From Pseudomonas aeruginosa (GTDB lineage: Bacteria; Pseudomonadota; Gammaproteobacteria; Pseudomonadales; Pseudomonadaceae), in NCBI RefSeq assembly GCF_001457615.1, contig NZ_LN831024.1:5760001-5792000 (forward strand): a DNA stretch of 32,000 bases, read 5' to 3'. The position numbers and the translations under genes were made by a program. Below, in pieces: positions 10,908 to 16,759 of this stretch (its first letter is position 1; each line of letters begins with the position of its first letter). The notes below the pieces were generated by a model. The model saw only the letters and a list, made by a program, of their open reading frames with translations, made no database searches and was not told the origin of the DNA.

Positions 10908-12158
10908 TCAGCCAGCCAGCGCGCCGCGCGGAAGCAGGCCAGAGGTATCGATGCTCGGCGGGCGGCGGCCGATCTGCTCGGCCAGCAGGCGCCCGCTGCC
11001 GCAGGCCAGGGTGAAGCCGAGCGCGCCGTGGCCGAGGTTGAGCCAGAGGTTGCGGTAGCCGCCGTTGCCCACCAGCGGTACCCCGGTGGGCGTGGCCGGG
11101 CGCATGCCGGCCCATTCGACGGCGGCGTCGAAATCGCCGCCCTGCGGGAACGTGTCCCGCGCCTGCTGGCGCAGCAGTGCCAGGCGCGCGGGCTCGAGGC
11201 CGGGGTCGAAGCCGACGATGTCGACCATCGCGGCGATCCGCAGCCGCTCGCCGATCCGCGCGTAGACGATCTTGCGGTCGTAATCGGTGATGCTGGTATC
11301 CGGCGCACGGTGCTGCGCGCCGACCGGCAGGGTCAGGCTATAGCCCTTGAGCGGGTATAGCGGCAGGCGCAGGCCCGGCAGCATCAATTCGGCGCTGCGG
11401 TAGCCGGCGGCCAGCACCACATGATCGGCCTCGATGAGATCGCCGACGACCTCGACGCCACGCACCGCCGCGCCGCCCTCGACGATCTTCGTCACCCTGC
11501 GGCCATGCAGTTGCCGGCAATGTCCGGAAGCCTGCAGGCGCTCGGCAAGTTGCACGCAGAAGGCATGGCAGTCGGCGACCTCCTCGTCCGGCGTGTGGAT
11601 GCCGCCGACGAAGGGCGCGGCGGACAGGGCCGGCTCCAGCGCGCGGCACTCGGCGGCGGTCAGGACGAATTGCGCCGAAGGATCGGCCAGACCCTGGCGG
11701 GCCCGCGCAAAGCTGGCCGGTTGGCGAAACGCCACCAGCTTGCCGTTGCGCCGCCAGTCGAAGCCATCGAGGCCATCCTCCTCGCGCCAGGCCTGCAGGG
11801 TGCGCTGGCTGAGCAATGCCAGGCGCAGCAGGTGCGCGGCATTGCGGCGGTTCAGCGAGCCGCGGCAGGCCGCGAGGAAGCCCAGCAGCCAGCGCCACTG
11901 CGCCGGATCAAGGCGCGGCCGCAGGCGCAACGGCGCATCGTTGCGCAGCAGCCAGCCGAGCGCCTGGGCCGGCACGCCGCTGTCGGCCAATGGCGCCACG
12001 TAGCGATAGGACAACTGCCCGCCATTGGCGTAGCTGGTTTCCAGCCCGCCCCGCTCGCGCGCTTCCACCAGGGTCACGTCGAATCCTTCGCGAACCAGGG
12101 CGTAGGCCGTGGCCAGGCCGACCACGCCGGCGCCGATGATGCAAACCCGCTGAGCCAT
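10908..12158 (-). CDS. dguA: FAD-dependent D-amino-acid dehydrogenase (DadA-like), 416 aa
   Basis: N-terminal dinucleotide fold VCIIGAGVVGLATAYAL and DadA/DAO family length. Divergent from a LysR regulator, matching the dguR-dguABC layout I recall. Confidence 0.85.
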   Translation of the reverse strand: MAQRVCIIGAGVVGLATAYALVREGFDVTLVEARERGGLETSYANGGQLSYRYVAPLADSGVPAQALGWLLRNDAPLRLRPRLDPAQWRWLLGFLAACRGSLNRRNAAHLLRLALLSQRTLQAWREEDGLDGFDWRRNGKLVAFRQPASFARARQGLADPSAQFVLTAAECRALEPALSAAPFVGGIHTPDEEVADCHAFCVQLAERLQASGHCRQLHGRRVTKIVEGGAAVRGVEVVGDLIEADHVVLAAGYRSAELMLPGLRLPLYPLKGYSLTLPVGAQHRAPDTSITDYDRKIVYARIGERLRIAAMVDIVGFDPGLEPARLALLRQQARDTFPQGGDFDAAVEWAGMRPATPTGVPLVGNGGYRNLWLNLGHGALGFTLACGSGRLLAEQIGRRPPSIDTSGLLPRGALAG

Positions 12159-12270
12159 GACAATCGTTATCCAGGTGTTTTCCAGGGCTTCGACGATAGG
12201 CGCGGATGACAGCGGTAGGACAATGAATAAAGATGGCCAGGGTATAAATCCAGGTTATGGGCTCGCGCCG
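12159..12270. promoter_or_regulatory. Divergent dguA/dguR control region with candidate LysR-type sites
   Basis: The octamer ATCCAGGT occurs twice, at 12169-12176 and 12248-12255. The second copy sits inside the dyad ATAA-N7-TTAT (12245-12259). Assigning it to DguR is inference only. Confidence 0.3.
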
Positions 12271-13179
12271 ATGAAGCTCCGCCATATCGAAGTGTTCCAG
12301 GCGATCCGCCAGGCTGGCTCGGTCAGCGGCGCCGCACAGTTGCTGCATGTGTCCCAGCCGGCGGTGAGCAAAGTCCTGCAGCACGCCGAGCAGCAACTGG
12401 GCTTCCCGCTGTTCTTGCGAGTGCGCGGCAAGCTGCTGGCGACTCCGGAAGCGCTGGAACTGGAGCGCGAAGTGGCCAAGCTCAGCGATAGCCTGCAGGC
12501 GGTGCGGCGCCTGGCGCAGAACCTGCGGCGCCAGCCGGGCCACAGCCTGCGCATCGGCGCCACCCCGGCCCTGGCGCTGTCGCTGCTGCCGCGGGCGATC
12601 GGCGAATGGAGCGCGCGCTATCCGCAGAGCGGCTGCGAACTGGCCACCTTGCATTCGCGCGAACTGGTGCAGGGCCTGCTGATGCGCGAACTGGACCTGG
12701 CCCTGAGCCTGAAGCAGCCGGAACACCCCGGCCTGCGCGGCGAAGCCATCGCCAGCGGCGTATTGGTGGCCCTGGCGCCGCGCGAACACTGGCCCGAAGC
12801 GGAACGCCGGCAGCCGCTGAGCCTGGCCGGGCTGGCCGGCGAAGCGCTGATCGGGCTGTCCACCGCCGACCCGCTGTTCGCCCGCCTGGAGGATTACCTC
12901 AGCGCCGTGGTGCCACCGCCGCAGGTGAAGATCGCCGTGCAGACCTACGCCCTCGCCCGCGCCCTGGTGGAGGCTGGGGCGGGCCTGGCGCTGGTCGATC
13001 CCTTCACCGCCCTCGGCGCCGACCCGCACAGCACCGCGATCCGCCCATTGAGCCCGGCCTTCCCGGTCACCCTCTACGCCATCACCCGCGCCGACGAAAC
13101 CCCGCCGCACACCCTCGCTCCGCTGCTGCGGATGCTCGCCCGCCAGGCCGAGGAGCGTTTGCGGGCCGTGCAGATGTAG
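12271..13179 (+). CDS. dguR: LysR-family transcriptional regulator, 302 aa
   Basis: N-terminal wHTH MKLRHIEVFQAIRQAGSVSGAAQLLHVSQPAVSKVLQ and a LysR substrate-binding half. Start is taken at the ATG at 12271. The ATG at 12223 or the ORF-track start at 12157 cannot be excluded. Confidence 0.85.
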   Translation: MKLRHIEVFQAIRQAGSVSGAAQLLHVSQPAVSKVLQHAEQQLGFPLFLRVRGKLLATPEALELEREVAKLSDSLQAVRRLAQNLRRQPGHSLRIGATPALALSLLPRAIGEWSARYPQSGCELATLHSRELVQGLLMRELDLALSLKQPEHPGLRGEAIASGVLVALAPREHWPEAERRQPLSLAGLAGEALIGLSTADPLFARLEDYLSAVVPPPQVKIAVQTYALARALVEAGAGLALVDPFTALGADPHSTAIRPLSPAFPVTLYAITRADETPPHTLAPLLRMLARQAEERLRAVQM

Positions 13180-13246
13180 CATTTGCCGCCTGGCCTGCCG
13201 CTGGAAACCTTGGACGTCGTTCTGGCCTGGCCCACGCCTCGCGTCC

Positions 13247-14128
13247 TTACCGCTCCGGCTTCCAGTCTGGGCGGTCCGCGTCGTAGCCCTGGGTCGGGTG
13301 CGGTGGCAGAGGATGGTCCTTTATCAAGTCGGGAAAACGCAAATCAGGATCAGCGGCAAGTCGATCGTAAATACCATCATATAGTTTGTGCAGTTTTTCA
13401 TCGGGGACGTACCACATTGCACTTGCAGGAGGAGTCTTGTTTCCAAAGACGCGCGAGAGGAAGAAAGCCGCGCTCTTGCCCCCCTGAGAGACTGACACCT
13501 GATAGTAACCTAATGCTTTTGGGAAATTATGCTCTACTATCTTGTAATACGCCCCCAGCTCATAACTAGCCGGCGCATAGCCCTGGCTAGCAGCACAGTT
13601 AGTATACGCCAACCCCAAATCCTTTTTTTTGGCCACATATATATAAAGCTTACCTAGTTCGGTTAGCGCCGGCGGATTTCCTAGGCTAGCAGCCTTATCA
13701 AGAAAAGTAAGTCCGTCAGTTGCAGGATTCTTGACCCCGGCACGATTACCGATCATTGCCCCCATATTATAGAAACCTTGAGGAATCTTCAGATCGATCA
13801 TTTTCTGGTAAAGGTCTAGAGCTTTCTGAGTGTCCTTCTCCACACCTCCCGGCCAACCGGTACGATAGAGGTTCGCCAAGTTATGCATGGCCTTCCAGTG
13901 GCCACGCTCCACTGCCTTGCTGTAAAGCTCGACGATACGGCCCCAGGGCCGCAGAGTATCGGGCTTGGCCAAGGCGGCTGCTTCGCGGTACCAGACATCG
14001 GCTTGCGAATCCAACGGCGGCAGATGGTCTTTTTCATTAACGCAGACAAACGATTTGCTGTTGGCCATCACGGGAACGGCTGCAAGACACAGCACGGCCC
14101 AAAGTCCAATAGCCATCAGCCGCATCAT
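13247..14128 (-). CDS. Sel1-like-repeat periplasmic protein, PLD-effector immunity paralogue (array copy 1, distal), 293 aa
   Basis: Signal peptide MMRLMAIGLWAVLCLAAVPVMA-NS. Repeated Sel1-type helical motifs (GHWKAMHNLANLY, PQGFYNMGAMI, NPPALTELGKLY, YAPASYELGAYY). Lies downstream of the PLD effector, as described for Tli5b. Confidence 0.88.
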   Translation of the reverse strand: MMRLMAIGLWAVLCLAAVPVMANSKSFVCVNEKDHLPPLDSQADVWYREAAALAKPDTLRPWGRIVELYSKAVERGHWKAMHNLANLYRTGWPGGVEKDTQKALDLYQKMIDLKIPQGFYNMGAMIGNRAGVKNPATDGLTFLDKAASLGNPPALTELGKLYIYVAKKKDLGLAYTNCAASQGYAPASYELGAYYKIVEHNFPKALGYYQVSVSQGGKSAAFFLSRVFGNKTPPASAMWYVPDEKLHKLYDGIYDRLAADPDLRFPDLIKDHPLPPHPTQGYDADRPDWKPER

Positions 14129-15006
14129 TGCTCCGGTTTCCAGTCGGGCCGATCTGCGTCGTAGCCCTGGGTCGGGTGAGGAGGCAGAGGATGATCCTTT
14201 ATCAAGTTGGTAAAACGTAGATCTGGATCAACTTCAAGCTTCTTGTAAATAGAGTAATACATCTCATAAAGCTCCTTATCCGCGTCATACCACATCCTAT
14301 CAACTGGTCGACTTTTTTCATCGAATATATCTGTCATTAGAAGCGCAGCATCACCATCCCCTTGAGAAGTAGCAAGCTGGTAATAGCTCAGCGCCTTAGG
14401 ATAATTATGCTTAACTATTTTGTAATACGCACCCAATTCATAATTAGCGGGAGCATATCCTTGCTCAGCAGCGCATTGCGTGTAACGAAGTCCTAGTTCG
14501 TCCTGATTCGCTTCATAAATATAAAGCTTACCTAACGCAGTTAAGGCTGGAGGGTTACCCATACTGGCGGCCTTGTCCAAGAAGGTCAGGCCATCGGTAG
14601 CAGGATTCTTAACACCGGCACGATTGCCAATCATTGCCCCCATGTTATAGAAGCCTTGGGGCACTCCCAGATCGATCATCTTCTGGTAAAGGTCCAACGC
14701 TTTCTGCGTATCCTTCTCTACCCCACCAGGCCACCCTGTACGATAAAGATTCGCCAGGTTATGCATGGCCTTCCAGTGACCACGCTCCACTGCCTTGCTG
14801 TAAAGCTCGACGATACGGCCCCAGGGCCGTAGAGTATCTGGCTTGGCCAAGGCTGCTGCTTCGCGGTACCAAGCATCGGCTTGCGAATCCAACGGCGGCA
14901 AATGGTCTTTCTCATTAACGCAGACAAACGATTTGCTGTTGGCCATCACGGGAACGGCTGCAAGACAGAGCACGGCCCAAAGTCCAATAGCCATCAGCCG
15001 CATCAC
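14125..15006 (-). CDS. Sel1-like-repeat immunity paralogue (array copy 2), 293 aa
   Basis: Same architecture and signal peptide as copy 1. Its DNA carries many synonymous differences in the block that is near-identical in the other three copies. GTG/ATG start overlaps the stop of copy 3. Confidence 0.88.
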   Translation of the reverse strand: MMRLMAIGLWAVLCLAAVPVMANSKSFVCVNEKDHLPPLDSQADAWYREAAALAKPDTLRPWGRIVELYSKAVERGHWKAMHNLANLYRTGWPGGVEKDTQKALDLYQKMIDLGVPQGFYNMGAMIGNRAGVKNPATDGLTFLDKAASMGNPPALTALGKLYIYEANQDELGLRYTQCAAEQGYAPANYELGAYYKIVKHNYPKALSYYQLATSQGDGDAALLMTDIFDEKSRPVDRMWYDADKELYEMYYSIYKKLEVDPDLRFTNLIKDHPLPPHPTQGYDADRPDWKPEQ

Positions 15007-15884
15007 TGCTCCGGTTTCCAGTCGGGCCGATCTGCGTCGTAGCCCTGAGTGGGATGGGGTGGTAACGGATGCTCCTTCATCAGGTTGGGAAAACGTAAAT
15101 CAGGATCAGCCTCAAGCTTTTTATAGATTGAATAATATTCCTTGTGTAGTCTTTCGTCGGGGGAGTACCACATCCTGTCAACATCGGGACTAGCCTTATC
15201 AAAAACTCCGGACATGAAGAAGGCAGCATCACCATTTCCTTGACTGGCAGCAAGAAGATAATAGCTCGCCGCCTTGGGGAAGTTATGCTCTACTATCTTA
15301 TAATACGCCCCTAACTCATAATTAGCCGGTGAATAACCCTGACTGGCAGCGCAATTGGTATACGCCAAACCCAAATCTTTCTTCTTAGCTACATAAATAT
15401 AAAGCTTTCCAAGCTCAGTCAATGCCGGCGGATTTCCCAAGCTGGCGGCCTTATCCAGGAAGGTAAGTCCATCCGTTGCAGGATTCTTGACCCCGGCACG
15501 ATTACCGATCATTGCCCCCATATCATAGAAACCTTGAGGAATCTTCAGATCGATCATTTTCTGGTAAAGGTCTAGAGCTTTCTGAGTGTCCTTCTCCACA
15601 CCTCCCGGCCAACCGGTACGATAGAGGTTCGCCAAGTTATGCATGGCCTTCCAGTGGCCACGCTCCACTGCCTTGCTGTAAAGCTCGACGATACGGCCCC
15701 AGGGCCGCAGAGTATCGGGCTTAGCCAAGGCTGCTGCTTCGCGGTACCAAGCATCGGCTTGCGAATCCAACGGCGGCAGATGGCCTTTTTCATTAACGCA
15801 GACAAACGATTTGCTGTTGGCCATCACGGGACGGCTGCAAGACACAGCACGGCCCAAAAGTCCAATAGCCATCAGCCGCATCAC
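15003..15884 (-). CDS. Sel1-like-repeat immunity paralogue (array copy 3), chimeric, with an altered signal peptide, 293 aa
   Basis: The 5' two-thirds resemble copy 1 and the 3' third resembles copy 4. The signal-peptide core reads GLLGRAVSCSRPVMA because of paired indels (see findings). Confidence 0.8.
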   Translation of the reverse strand: MMRLMAIGLLGRAVSCSRPVMANSKSFVCVNEKGHLPPLDSQADAWYREAAALAKPDTLRPWGRIVELYSKAVERGHWKAMHNLANLYRTGWPGGVEKDTQKALDLYQKMIDLKIPQGFYDMGAMIGNRAGVKNPATDGLTFLDKAASLGNPPALTELGKLYIYVAKKKDLGLAYTNCAASQGYSPANYELGAYYKIVEHNFPKAASYYLLAASQGNGDAAFFMSGVFDKASPDVDRMWYSPDERLHKEYYSIYKKLEADPDLRFPNLMKEHPLPPHPTQGYDADRPDWKPEQ

Positions 15885-16756
15885 TGCTCCGGTTTCCAGT
15901 CAGGCCGATCTGCGTCGTAGCCCTGAGTGGGATGAGGTGGTAACGGATGCTCCTTCATCAGGTTGGGAAAACGTAAATCAGGATCAGCTTCAAGCTTTTT
16001 ATAGATTGAATAATATTCCTTGTGTAGTTTTTCATCGGGGGAGTACCACATTCTGTCAACATCGGGACTGGTCTTATCAAAAACTCCGGACATGAAGAGG
16101 GCAGCATCATCATTTCCTTGACTGGCAGCAAGAAGATAATATCTTGCTGCTTTTGGAAAGTTGTGTTCAACGAGTTCGTAGTAACTCCCCAACTCATAGT
16201 TTGCCGGAGCATAACCCTGACTCGCAGCACATTGGGTATATGCCAAACCCAACTCTCTGTTTTTGGCCACATAAATATAAAGCTTACCCAGTTCGGTTAG
16301 CGCCGGCGGATTTCCTAGGCTAGCAGCCTTATCAAGAAAAGTAAGACCATCAGTTGCAGGATTATTGACCCCGGCACGATTACCGATCATTGCCCCCATA
16401 TTATAGAAACCTTGAGGAATCTTCAGATCGATCATTTTCTGGTAAAGGTCTAGAGCTTTCTGAGTGTCCTTCTCCACACCTCCCGGCCAACCGGTACGAT
16501 AGAGGTTCGCCAAGTTATGCATGGCCTTCCAGTGGCCACGCTCCACTGCCTTGCTGTAAAGCTCGACGATACGGCCCCAGGGCCGCAGAGTATCGGGCTT
16601 GGCCAAGGCGGCTGCTTCGCGGTACCAAGCATCGGCTTGCGAATCCAACGGAGGAAGATGGTCTTTTTCATTAACGCAGACGAATGATTTGCTGTCGGCC
16701 ATAACGGAAACTCCGAAACTCAGCAGGAAAGTGAACAGATAAATAGAGATACGCAT
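15881..16756 (-). CDS. Sel1-like-repeat immunity paralogue (array copy 4, effector-proximal), 291 aa
   Basis: Has a different, AT-rich-encoded signal peptide, MRISIYLFTFLLSFGVSVMA-DS; the rest is the same SLR body. The ATG at 16756 is 3 nt after the PLD gene stop. Confidence 0.88.
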   Translation of the reverse strand: MRISIYLFTFLLSFGVSVMADSKSFVCVNEKDHLPPLDSQADAWYREAAALAKPDTLRPWGRIVELYSKAVERGHWKAMHNLANLYRTGWPGGVEKDTQKALDLYQKMIDLKIPQGFYNMGAMIGNRAGVNNPATDGLTFLDKAASLGNPPALTELGKLYIYVAKNRELGLAYTQCAASQGYAPANYELGSYYELVEHNFPKAARYYLLAASQGNDDAALFMSGVFDKTSPDVDRMWYSPDEKLHKEYYSIYKKLEADPDLRFPNLMKEHPLPPHPTQGYDADRPDWKPEQ

Positions 16757-16759
16757 CGC

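Larger units (their letters stand above)
13247..16756 (-). repeat. Tandem array of four paralogous genes of about 880 bp (period 876-882 bp)
   Basis: Direct comparison of the four units. Blocks of about 270 bp are nearly identical between units 1, 3 and 4 (for example 13745-14010 vs 16375-16640). Consecutive genes overlap by 4 nt. Confidence 0.97.

Noticed and set aside
13756-16674. Recurring 70-94-aa plus-strand ORFs (MPPYYRNLEESSDRSF...) and 69-77-aa minus-strand ORFs inside each immunity gene
   Set aside because: They recur only because the underlying DNA is repeated. They are off-frame or antisense to the SLR genes and have no start context.
13247-16756. Whether the tandem repeat could be a CRISPR array, satellite or mobile element
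   Set aside because: The units are about 880 bp, each a complete signal-peptide-bearing gene with 4-nt overlaps. There is no short repeat/spacer structure, and no terminal inverted repeats or transposase.
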